Source: Candidatus Nanopusillus sp. (GTDB lineage Archaea > Nanobdellota > Nanobdellia > Nanobdellales > Nanobdellaceae). From it: a stretch of 32,000 nucleotides of DNA. The first letter of the stretch is position 1. Every line of letters starts with the position of its first letter. Positions 1 to 8,103 of the stretch are shown here, in pieces. The notes beneath the pieces were generated by a model. That model ran no database searches. It saw nothing but the letters and a program-made list of their open reading frames with translations, and was not told the DNA's origin. The DNA is taken from positions 95,582 through 127,581 of the forward strand of contig JAWDOO010000001.1 in the NCBI GenBank assembly GCA_046533775.1. Direction: 5' to 3'. Made by a program: the position numbers and the translations under genes.

Positions 1-1313
1 AATATACCAAAATCAAATGCTGGTAATATATATTCCAAATCTAAACTAAATAATATATCATTTCCAAGATAAACTGGAACATATATAACTTTTACATAAT
101 TATTTTTATCATTATTTAAATTATTTTCTCCTAATTTTTCAATTATAATATTATTTTCTACATCATGAGTACATATTGGTGGATTTTTATTTTTTATTCT
201 ATCTAATTTATCTAATATATTTTTTCCATTATATAAAGATCTAATAATTAAATGTATATTTTCCTCTATATTTTCTTTCAATTTAATATAATCTTTATAA
301 GATCTAATTATATCATCATTTTGTCCTTTAATAATGTAAGGAACAAAAATAAATGCAATAGTATTTAATTTCTTTTCATCTAAATATTTTAATAAATCAA
401 TAAATAGATCTAAACCCTTATTATATGGCTCATATCTACCAATTGTATATATTAGCAAATATTTTTCTGGTAAATCATAATATGGATAAAAATACCAGGT
501 TAAAAATTCATCTATCCATTTCTTTGAAATTTTATAATAATTAAATAATTCCTTTTCTTTTACATTTATATAATTGTATGTTATATAATCTGGCTTTCTC
601 TTATATATTTTATATGCCTCCTCTCCCAAATTATCAGATACTACTGTAAATATATCGGAATTCAATATTGCCTGTTTTTCCAACTGATATTTTGAATTTA
701 TTCCCAATCTATATGAATCTTTATCAGGATCTATTATATTCAATGCATTTTCTACATTTATATTTTTTTCAGATAATGTCCTTCCAATAACTGTTCCATG
801 GATTGTTAATATTGTTTTATAATTTAGATTATTTTTCTTTATATATAATATTGTACCACCAGATAACCATTCATGTGCATGTAATATTTTTTTCTCATTA
901 AAATATTTATCTATTTTTTCTAAAAATATACCAACAGCAACAGACCATAATAAGGGTTCATCAAAAGTAAAATCTGAATTCAAAGAATCTATTTTATACC
1001 ATTCCCAATATTTATATTTCCATAGATTTCTTTCTTTATTAAAAAATTCATCAAATTCTATTAAAAATACATTTGGTTTTGATTCAATATTCCAATATCC
1101 ATAATGTACTTTAATTCCATCCAATTGATAATTTATTTCTTTTATATAATCTGGAGGATCTAATTCAATAAATTCTGAATTATTTTTATATGGACCAATT
1201 AAAAAATATTTATCCTTATATTTTTCTTTTATATATTTTGCTTTAGTAGATATTACAGTATATATTCCCCCTACTTTATTACATACTTCCCAAGATTGTT
1301 CAAATAGTATCAT
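1..1313 (-). CDS. Glycogen synthase, eukaryote-type GT3 family (N-terminal ~437 codons; C-terminus lies beyond the window edge)
   Basis: Absent from the ORF track because it runs off the edge. Manual translation from ATG at 1313 gives MILFEQSWEVCNKVGGIYTVISTKAKYIKEKYKDKYFLIGPY..., then HAHEWLSGG and GRYEPYNKGLDLFIDLL, with no stop down to position 1. These match the conserved GT3 glycogen synthase motifs (WEVxNKVGGIYTV, TKAK, YFLxGPY, HxHEWL, GRYExxNKG). The ATG overlaps the TGA of the upstream ParA-like gene (ATGA). Confidence 0.85.
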   Translation of the reverse strand, partial: MILFEQSWEVCNKVGGIYTVISTKAKYIKEKYKDKYFLIGPYKNNSEFIELDPPDYIKEINYQLDGIKVHYGYWNIESKPNVFLIEFDEFFNKERNLWKYKYWEWYKIDSLNSDFTFDEPLLWSVAVGIFLEKIDKYFNEKKILHAHEWLSGGTILYIKKNNLNYKTILTIHGTVIGRTLSEKNINVENALNIIDPDKDSYRLGINSKYQLEKQAILNSDIFTVVSDNLGEEAYKIYKRKPDYITYNYINVKEKELFNYYKISKKWIDEFLTWYFYPYYDLPEKYLLIYTIGRYEPYNKGLDLFIDLLKYLDEKKLNTIAFIFVPYIIKGQNDDIIRSYKDYIKLKENIEENIHLIIRSLYNGKNILDKLDRIKNKNPPICTHDVENNIIIEKLGENNLNNDKNNYVKVIYVPVYLGNDILFSLDLEYILPAFDFGI

Positions 1314-1972
1314 CTAAATATAATATCAAATATGCTTCTTTTCTTTTTATTGCCAGTTATACAATATGCTAGCTCATCTATATATTTCAATGCCTTTGAT
1401 TTTTCATTATAAAATGCAATTGGCTGATATTGAAATTGATAATTAATAAAATCTTTAATTATTGGAATAATTGCATATACTTCTTTATTATATAAATCCT
1501 CTATAAAATCTATTTCAATACTCTTATCATATTTATTTAATACTATTTTAACCTTATTTTTATCTAAAAGATCATATAATTTTTTATTTACATATAGAGA
1601 ATAGAAATCTGGATTTATTACTAAAAAATTTATATCCGATATTTTCTCAATACTTAATATATAATTTATATTTGGAAGTACATCAAAAATAATTATATCA
1701 TAATACCTTTTCAAATAATTTAAATCATTAATACTAAAATCTAAATTATCTATAATTTTTAAATGAAAATATGGTAATATCTTTATTCCTTCATATATTT
1801 TATTTCCAAATAATTTTTCATTATTTAGAAATATTAAATTCGAAGAATAAATTCCGTTTGTATCTATTATCAATACTTTATAATTATATTCCTTTTTTAA
1901 ATATGCTGCAAGATTATTTGCTAACGTAGTTTTTCCAACTCCACCCTTTAATGATATAAAAGATACTATCAT
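1310..1972 (-). CDS. ParA/MinD-family P-loop ATPase (deviant Walker A)
   Basis: The N-terminus is MIVSFISLKGGVGKTTLANNLAAYL, with the KGGxGKT deviant Walker A typical of ParA/MinD/SIMIBI ATPases. VLIIDTNG and a hydrophobic-D Walker B-like IIIFDVLP follow. It has 4-nt overlaps with both neighbouring genes. Confidence 0.8.
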   Translation of the reverse strand: MIVSFISLKGGVGKTTLANNLAAYLKKEYNYKVLIIDTNGIYSSNLIFLNNEKLFGNKIYEGIKILPYFHLKIIDNLDFSINDLNYLKRYYDIIIFDVLPNINYILSIEKISDINFLVINPDFYSLYVNKKLYDLLDKNKVKIVLNKYDKSIEIDFIEDLYNKEVYAIIPIIKDFINYQFQYQPIAFYNEKSKALKYIDELAYCITGNKKKRSIFDIIFR

Positions 1973-2283
1973 AATCCTAATAATTTTGAAAATTTTACTT
2001 CAGCTTCTTCTTTTGAAAATTTTTTCTTTACATATATTTCATGAGTTTTTAAGAAATTTCCTATAATCTTTATATATTCATCTTTATCTTTTGCTTCTTT
2101 TATTTTTTCATATAAACTTTCCTCCTTTAATGAATTTTTTATCCATTCTGGAAAATGATTTTTATGATAATTAAATTTATCTTGATCTGCATTGTATAGC
2201 CAAATTAATAAATCTTGAAGACCATATAATTTTTGTCCATCAATAGTGATAAATGCTTGTTTTTCATCATCAACTTCAATCAT
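1969..2283 (-). CDS. Small hypothetical protein (104 aa), first gene of the operon with the ParA-like ATPase and GT3 glycogen synthase
   Basis: ORF from the track. It has a 4-nt overlap (ATGA type) with the downstream ParA-like gene and a charged, helical-looking C-terminal half. I recognise no family. Confidence 0.6.
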   Translation of the reverse strand: MIEVDDEKQAFITIDGQKLYGLQDLLIWLYNADQDKFNYHKNHFPEWIKNSLKEESLYEKIKEAKDKDEYIKIIGNFLKTHEIYVKKKFSKEEAEVKFSKLLGL

Positions 2284-2320
2284 ATTAAATTTTATATTGT
2301 TATATCTTTAAAAAATATTT

Positions 2321-3496
2321 ATGACAGGCATTGTATTTTATTTCCATGCACATCAACCAAGAAGAATAAGATATTATTCCTTTTTTGATATTGGATCAAA
2401 AAATTATTTCAACGATGATCTAAATAAAAAAATACTAGATAGAGTTGTATATAAATGTTATAAACCAGCATTGGAAATGATATATGATAATATTACAAAA
2501 TATGATATAAAAGTATCATTTTCAATTTCTGGAACATTAATTGAGCAATTAGAATTATATCATCCAGAAATTTTAGAATTATGGAAAAAATTAGTAGATA
2601 CTGGAAATGTAGAAATTGTATCTGAAACTTATTATCATTCATTGGCATATTTAATTGATAAAGATGAATTTATTAACCAAATAAAATTGCATAGAAAGAA
2701 AATAAAAGAAGTATTTAATTATAAATCTAAAAGCTTTAGAAACTTTGAACTTGTATTTAACAATGAAATCGGAGAAATTGTATATTCTTTGGGATATAAA
2801 GTAGCATTAACCGAAGGAACTGAAAAAATTTTAGGAAATAGGAGTCCAAATTATATATATAAATTAAAAATAAATAATTTAAGATTATTATTAAGAAATT
2901 ATAGATTATCTGATGATATAGGATTTAGATTTACAAATAAAAGTTGGTCAGAATATCCATTAACTGCAGATAAATATTATTTATGGTTAAAAAATACTCC
3001 AGGAGATATAATAAATATATTCATGGATTTTGAAACAATTGGAGAACATATATGGAAAGAATCTGGAATATTTGAATTTTGGAATAAATTATTTGAGTAT
3101 ATTGGAAAAGAAAAATATTTTGAAACATATAATATAACTGAAGCCATAGAAGAATTTAATTATAAAGATGAATTAGATATTCCTGAATTAATATCATGGG
3201 CTGATATTGAGAGAGATCTATCTGCATGGATTGGAGATAGTATACAAAGAGAAGCTTTAGATTATTTGAGAGAATTATATAAAAAATATAAGAATGATGA
3301 AAAAATATTAAATATATTGAGATATTTATCAACTTCAGATAATTTTTATTATATGAGTTTAAAATATAATAGTGATGGAGATGTACATAAATATTTTAGA
3401 GAAGAGGCTTTTGCAACTCCATATGATTCCTTTATATCATATATGAATATTCTAAAAGATATAGAATTAAACCAGGCTATTGAAAATAGAAATTAA
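2321..3496 (+). CDS. Glycoside hydrolase family 57 (alpha-amylase/alpha-glucan-processing enzyme)
   Basis: The N-terminus FYFHAHQPRRIRYYSFFDIG...YFNDDLNKKILDRVVYKCYKP...VSFSISGTLIEQLE matches the GH57 signature (HxHQP, SxSG, EQL). It lies within a glycogen gene cluster. Confidence 0.8.
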   Translation: MTGIVFYFHAHQPRRIRYYSFFDIGSKNYFNDDLNKKILDRVVYKCYKPALEMIYDNITKYDIKVSFSISGTLIEQLELYHPEILELWKKLVDTGNVEIVSETYYHSLAYLIDKDEFINQIKLHRKKIKEVFNYKSKSFRNFELVFNNEIGEIVYSLGYKVALTEGTEKILGNRSPNYIYKLKINNLRLLLRNYRLSDDIGFRFTNKSWSEYPLTADKYYLWLKNTPGDIINIFMDFETIGEHIWKESGIFEFWNKLFEYIGKEKYFETYNITEAIEEFNYKDELDIPELISWADIERDLSAWIGDSIQREALDYLRELYKKYKNDEKILNILRYLSTSDNFYYMSLKYNSDGDVHKYFREEAFATPYDSFISYMNILKDIELNQAIENRN

Positions 3497-4663
3497 TTTT
3501 TCTACAGAATTTTTCCAAGATAAATTTTTTATATCATCTAAACATAATTTTATTTCATATTCTCCCAATTTTGGATAAGATAACAATGCCAATATATAAT
3601 CTGCCATTTTATTTACATCCCAAAAATCAACTGCCAATGCATTTTTTAATACTTCATATACACCTGTTTGTTTTGATATTATAATAAAATCTTTATATTT
3701 TAAAGCTTCAAATGGTGTTAAACCAAAAGGTTCTGATATAGATGGTAAAACAAATATATCTGCTATTGAATATAAATATTCTGCTAAATCATCATCAACC
3801 CATCCTGTAAATATTACATTTTTTGATATATTTAAATCTGCAGCCATTTTTATTAATTGTTCCAACATTTCTCCAGTTCCTGCAAATATAAATAATACAT
3901 CTTTTCTTTTTTCCAAAACTTTTTTAGCTGCTTTTAATAAATAATCCGGACCCTTATGCATTGTCATTCTTCCAAGATATAATACTATTTTATATTTTTC
4001 TTTTATTTTACTATTTATTTTTTCTCTTATATTAAAATCATCATCTGGAGCATTATATATTACATCAATCTTCTTTTCATCGCAATTATAATATTTTATC
4101 AATATATCCTTTTCTCTTTTACTTACTACAATAATCTTATCTGCATATTTACAAGCTTCCAACTCTATTCCATAATCATAATCATATAAATATTTTAATA
4201 TATCTGGGTTCCCTCCAACTCTATCATATACTAAAGAATGAAAATGAACAACCAGTGGTTTTTTGTATATTTTCTTTATTTCTATACCTGCTAAAGCAGT
4301 TAACCAATCATATGCATATATAATATCAAAATCTAATTTCATTTTTTTCAATATATCTAATATTTTATCTTTATATTCAATTACCGCTTTTTTATAGTCT
4401 ATAATTTTTCTTTTATATAATGTAAAAGATTCATATTTAAAATAATCTATATATGATTGATATACTTTCATATTTAATCCGAAGATTTTTGAATTCTTTA
4501 ATTTATCATTCCAAAAGGTTTTTACATCATCGGTCAAGTTTAAAATAAATAAATAAACATTGTTATTAAAATAATCAAGATACTTTAAATAATAATATGT
4601 TACTTTTTCTAATCCACCACCTTTTTGAGGAAACACTCCCCATGATAAAAACAGTATTTTCAT
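3467..4663 (-). CDS. glgA: GT-B glycosyltransferase, archaeal GT5 glycogen synthase-like
   Basis: MKILFLSWGVFPQKGGGLEKV carries the KxGGL motif of GT5 glycogen/starch synthases. The C-terminal SEPFGLTPFEALKY is the GT-B Ex7E-type motif. The 3' end overlaps the GH57 gene by 30 nt (convergent). Confidence 0.7.
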   Translation of the reverse strand: MKILFLSWGVFPQKGGGLEKVTYYYLKYLDYFNNNVYLFILNLTDDVKTFWNDKLKNSKIFGLNMKVYQSYIDYFKYESFTLYKRKIIDYKKAVIEYKDKILDILKKMKLDFDIIYAYDWLTALAGIEIKKIYKKPLVVHFHSLVYDRVGGNPDILKYLYDYDYGIELEACKYADKIIVVSKREKDILIKYYNCDEKKIDVIYNAPDDDFNIREKINSKIKEKYKIVLYLGRMTMHKGPDYLLKAAKKVLEKRKDVLFIFAGTGEMLEQLIKMAADLNISKNVIFTGWVDDDLAEYLYSIADIFVLPSISEPFGLTPFEALKYKDFIIISKQTGVYEVLKNALAVDFWDVNKMADYILALLSYPKLGEYEIKLCLDDIKNLSWKNSVEKLISIFNSLV

Positions 4664-4672
4664 AATTAAAAG

Positions 4673-6319
4673 ATGAATATAAATAATTATAAATCTTTTA
4701 ACAAAAATATTTGTATGGAAAAAGAAATTGAATTAGAAAATTTTGATTATGCCATTATAAATAATAAGGGTTCCTTTTTGTTTTTACCTTTACTATATAA
4801 CAGTAGATATTTTGGTTTATTACAATATCATAATAACAATTTTATCAAAATAATAGAAAAAATAGAAAATAGGGATATAAATTATAATGAAATTGAAAAG
4901 ATAATATTAAAAGATTATAATGATTTAAAAATAATTTATAAAAATGGATGGGAAGAATATAAATTAATAGATAATAAATTAATATATAAGACAAATAAAT
5001 ACTCTACATTGAATGTTTATTTTGATATAAGATATTTATATGATATAGATGAATGGGGAAGGATATATAATAATGAAAAAAATAAGGATTATGTAAAAAT
5101 AAAATTTAATAAAGGTGATTTAAAATATGAAGTAATAATAAAAGGATTTGAAGTTTATCAAGAATTAAATAAATGGATAAAGGTAAATTACAATTATGAT
5201 TTATATAGAAAATCCCCTCCATTTGAAAGATATATATATTTACCATTTTCTTTTTATGCAAAAGAATTAGAAATAATATATAAAAATGATAAGGAAAATT
5301 TAAATGGAAAAAATTTAATTGAAAATAGGTTATTATCTTTTATTTATGATAATAATATCTCTGCAGGTTTTCCATGGTATTTTCAGGAATGGAGTAGAGA
5401 TATATTAATTTCATTAAAAGGATTATATTATATTAATAAAGATATTGTAAAAAATAAGTTAATTGAATATTCAGATTATTTTTTATTAGATGGAAGATTA
5501 AAAAATATAAAAAATGAAAATGTTGGAAATTCTGATGGGATTGGATTATATATTTTTAGATTATTTCAATTTAAAGATTTATTTGAAAAAGAAATATTTG
5601 ACAAATTAATAAATAATATAATTGAAAAAATAAAATTATTTGAAGAAAATTATTTAGATGAAAAATTATTTTTATTTAAAGCATATCCAAATGAAACATG
5701 GATGGATACATTAAATAGAATTTATCCAATAGAAATACAATTCTTAATGGCAAATGCATATGATAATTTATATAATTATACAAAGAAAGATGAATATAAA
5801 GAAAAATTGGAGAAAATAAGGAATTCAATTAGAAAGAATTATTTATCAGATTATTCTTTATATGATGATATAAAAAATAAAAAGATAAGATGTAATGTAT
5901 TTTTATCATATTATTTTTATCCAAAGGTTTTTTCAAATTATGAGTGGGAAAATATTTTTGATTATTCATTAACTCATTTATATCTAAAATGGGGAGGAAT
6001 TAGTAGTTTATCTATATTTGATAAAGAATTTATTCCATATAGTAATGAGGATAATTATTTTAAAAATGAAGGAAAGTCAATGCATAATGGAGATTCATGG
6101 ATTTTTATAAATAACATTGCTGCTATTGATTTATATAATTTAAATAAGGAAAAATATGGAAATATAATAAATAGTATTATAAAATCTAATGAAAGATTGA
6201 TAAAAATGATAGGAACATTACCAGAAAGATCTAGTGCATATGAATTAAAACCAGCAGGAGCTCTACATCAATTATGGTCAATATCAACTTATATAGAATT
6301 ATTAAATAATATAAAATAG
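4673..6319 (+). CDS. Glycogen debranching enzyme / amylo-alpha-1,6-glucosidase (GDE_C-type, archaeal)
   Basis: GFPWYFQEWSRDILISLKGL resembles the PWF..WGRD..ISLxGL motif of archaeal GDE_C proteins, and a C-terminal HNGDSW lies in an (alpha/alpha)6-like region. The true start may be the second ATG at 4715 (MEKEIELENF), which would leave a 51-nt divergent promoter region instead of 9 nt. Confidence 0.7.
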   Translation: MNINNYKSFNKNICMEKEIELENFDYAIINNKGSFLFLPLLYNSRYFGLLQYHNNNFIKIIEKIENRDINYNEIEKIILKDYNDLKIIYKNGWEEYKLIDNKLIYKTNKYSTLNVYFDIRYLYDIDEWGRIYNNEKNKDYVKIKFNKGDLKYEVIIKGFEVYQELNKWIKVNYNYDLYRKSPPFERYIYLPFSFYAKELEIIYKNDKENLNGKNLIENRLLSFIYDNNISAGFPWYFQEWSRDILISLKGLYYINKDIVKNKLIEYSDYFLLDGRLKNIKNENVGNSDGIGLYIFRLFQFKDLFEKEIFDKLINNIIEKIKLFEENYLDEKLFLFKAYPNETWMDTLNRIYPIEIQFLMANAYDNLYNYTKKDEYKEKLEKIRNSIRKNYLSDYSLYDDIKNKKIRCNVFLSYYFYPKVFSNYEWENIFDYSLTHLYLKWGGISSLSIFDKEFIPYSNEDNYFKNEGKSMHNGDSWIFINNIAAIDLYNLNKEKYGNIINSIIKSNERLIKMIGTLPERSSAYELKPAGALHQLWSISTYIELLNNIK

Positions 6320-6320
6320 A

Positions 6321-7235
6321 ATGTGGTGGAAAAAATATGGATTCTCTAAGAATCCATTAGATATAAGACCAAATGAAGATTTGGTAGGAGTAGATGATAT
6401 AATAAAAAAGGTAAAGGATTCTATAATAAATGGTGAAATATTTCTATTATATGGTCCAATTGGTTCTGGGAAAACTTCCTTAGCATTTAAAATTAAAAAA
6501 GATCTATCAAATGACTATAATATAATATATATAAATGGGGAATATGAAAAGGATAAAGATATAAATTACATAATTGAAAAAAATAAATATATTAAGTTTT
6601 TATTCTTTAAATTTGAAAATAAATCGCCTATAGTATTAATATTAGATGAATTTTATAATTTTCCAGAAGATGTATCTAAAAAACTAAAATATTTATATGA
6701 TAATAAAATTGCTCATTCAATAATGTTAATTCAACCATCTCCACAAATAATGAATGCTACACTATCTTTCTTAAATAGATTATATAGAAAGATTGAAATG
6801 AAATTTCCTCCAGAAGATGAAATATTAAAATTAATAAATAAAAAATTAAAGGGAAAAGTAAATATAGATGAAAAAATATTGAGAAATATAATAAGAAAGA
6901 ATAATAATAATGTTAGGCAGATATTTATTGAATTAAATAATTTATTAGAGGAAGGAATAAATAATATAAATAAAGAATTAGAAGAAATAAAGAATTTAGA
7001 AGATAATATAAAATTGTCAAATACACAAATAAAGATTCTAGAAGTATTATATAAAAATAAAATGTCTTCAAGAGAAATATCAAAAATATTAAATCTTCCA
7101 AGGAATACTGTATCAAAATATTTGAATAAAATGCATAAAAATGGTATATTAATAAGAGAAGTAAATAATAATGAATATATTTATAGTATAAATCCTCAAT
7201 ATATAAATATTATATCAAAGAAAATTGGAAAATAG
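6321..7235 (+). CDS. AAA+ P-loop ATPase with C-terminal winged-helix DNA-binding domain (ExeA/ORC-like AAA_22 type)
   Basis: The N-terminal KYGFSKNPLDIRPNEDLVG is followed by Walker A GPIGSGKTS and Walker B VLILDEF. The C-terminal LSNTQIKILEVLYKNKMSSREISKILNLPRNTVSKYLNKMHKNGILIRE looks like a MarR/ArsR-type wHTH. Its start is 1 nt after the debranching-enzyme stop (TAGAATG). Confidence 0.55.
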   Translation: MWWKKYGFSKNPLDIRPNEDLVGVDDIIKKVKDSIINGEIFLLYGPIGSGKTSLAFKIKKDLSNDYNIIYINGEYEKDKDINYIIEKNKYIKFLFFKFENKSPIVLILDEFYNFPEDVSKKLKYLYDNKIAHSIMLIQPSPQIMNATLSFLNRLYRKIEMKFPPEDEILKLINKKLKGKVNIDEKILRNIIRKNNNNVRQIFIELNNLLEEGINNINKELEEIKNLEDNIKLSNTQIKILEVLYKNKMSSREISKILNLPRNTVSKYLNKMHKNGILIREVNNNEYIYSINPQYINIISKKIGK

Positions 7236-7306
7236 CCACCGTAGCTCAGCGGTAGAGCGCTACCCTGGTAAGGTAGAGGTCCCGGGTTCAAGTCCCGGCG
7301 GTGGCA
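7235..7306 (+). tRNA. tRNA-Thr (anticodon GGU)
   Basis: Manual cloverleaf: acceptor GCCACCG/CGGTGGC, D arm GCTC-AGCGGTA-GAGC, anticodon arm CTACC-CTGGTAA-GGTAG, T arm CCGGG-TTCAAGT-CCCGG, discriminator A. It is 72 nt with no encoded CCA and no intron. The first G is the last base of the upstream TAG stop, and a T5 run follows. Confidence 0.9.
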
Positions 7307-7421
7307 CAGTTTTTAACTTAATTTTTCATTAGAAACCATTAAATCAATAATTTTTATTTTTCATAAATTCTAAACATTATAGGTGACATAAATTTATATT
7401 TGAAAAAAATAAAATATTAAA

Positions 7422-8012
7422 ATGATAATAAACTTTGGCATACAAGAATATTTGTTTCTTTTTATAATATCGGAAATAATAGTTGGATTAGTATTGCCAT
7501 TTATTATAATAAAGGAAGAAAGAGAAAAGATAATAGAATTAAAATTATATTCCTTAGTAGCTTTTATATTGTATGTACTTGTTGGAATGACATTTATAGT
7601 AATATTAGCATCAATAAGTTATTATTATAGCTTTGGATTATTTAATTATAATCTAGGTTATATTATTGGATTTGGATTATTTATAATTGGATTAATATTA
7701 CAGGGTGTTGCTGAAGCAACCCTTGGAAAATATTATTTACCATCTATTGGAACTGTTGAAGGTCAAAAGATAATTAAAAATGGTATATACAAATATATAA
7801 GACATCCAGGATATTTAGGAGAAATAATAATATTTTTTGGACTTGGATTTGTAACATATAGTTTACTAGGAATATTAGGAGCTTTTATTATATCATTAAT
7901 GGTATATGTTGGAGAAGTAATTCCAGAAGAAAAATATATGCTAGAAAAGTTTGGAAAGGAATATGAAGAATATATGAAAGAAACTTTTAGATTTATTCCT
8001 TATATATTTTAA
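7422..8012 (+). CDS. Isoprenylcysteine carboxyl methyltransferase (ICMT)/phospholipid methyltransferase-family membrane protein
   Basis: A polytopic hydrophobic protein. The C-terminal KNGIYKYIRHPGYLGEIIIFFG...PEEKYMLEKFGKEYEEY matches the ICMT/PEMT RHPxYxG...E..L...FG..Y..Y signature. Confidence 0.7.
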   Translation: MIINFGIQEYLFLFIISEIIVGLVLPFIIIKEEREKIIELKLYSLVAFILYVLVGMTFIVILASISYYYSFGLFNYNLGYIIGFGLFIIGLILQGVAEATLGKYYLPSIGTVEGQKIIKNGIYKYIRHPGYLGEIIIFFGLGFVTYSLLGILGAFIISLMVYVGEVIPEEKYMLEKFGKEYEEYMKETFRFIPYIF

Positions 8013-8029
8013 TTTTTTATGTTTTATCT

Positions 8030-8103
8030 GGGACCGTAGTCCAGCCTGGAAGGATGTCGGTTTGGGGTACCGGTGGTCCCGGGTTCAAGTCCCGGCGGTC
8101 CCA
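8030..8103 (+). tRNA. tRNA-Pro (anticodon GGG)
   Basis: Manual cloverleaf: acceptor GGGACCG/CGGTCCC, D arm GTCC-AGCCTGGAA-GGAT, anticodon arm TCGGT-TTGGGGT-ACCGG, T arm CCGGG-TTCAAGT-CCCGG, discriminator A. It is 74 nt and abuts the stop codon of the convergent gene at 8104 with 0-nt spacing. Confidence 0.9.

Noticed and set aside
6925-7116. Track ORF 6925-7116 (-), 63 aa.
   Set aside because: It is antisense within the AAA+/wHTH gene, and its L/Y/F-rich composition is an artefact.
6321-7421. Calling the AAA+/wHTH protein Orc1/Cdc6 with an adjacent replication origin.
   Set aside because: The protein is ~90-100 aa shorter than canonical Orc1/Cdc6. Its N-terminal motif fits ExeA/AAA_22-like proteins equally well. 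I see no ORB-like repeated elements flanking an AT-rich unwinding region in the neighbouring spacers beyond background AT richness.
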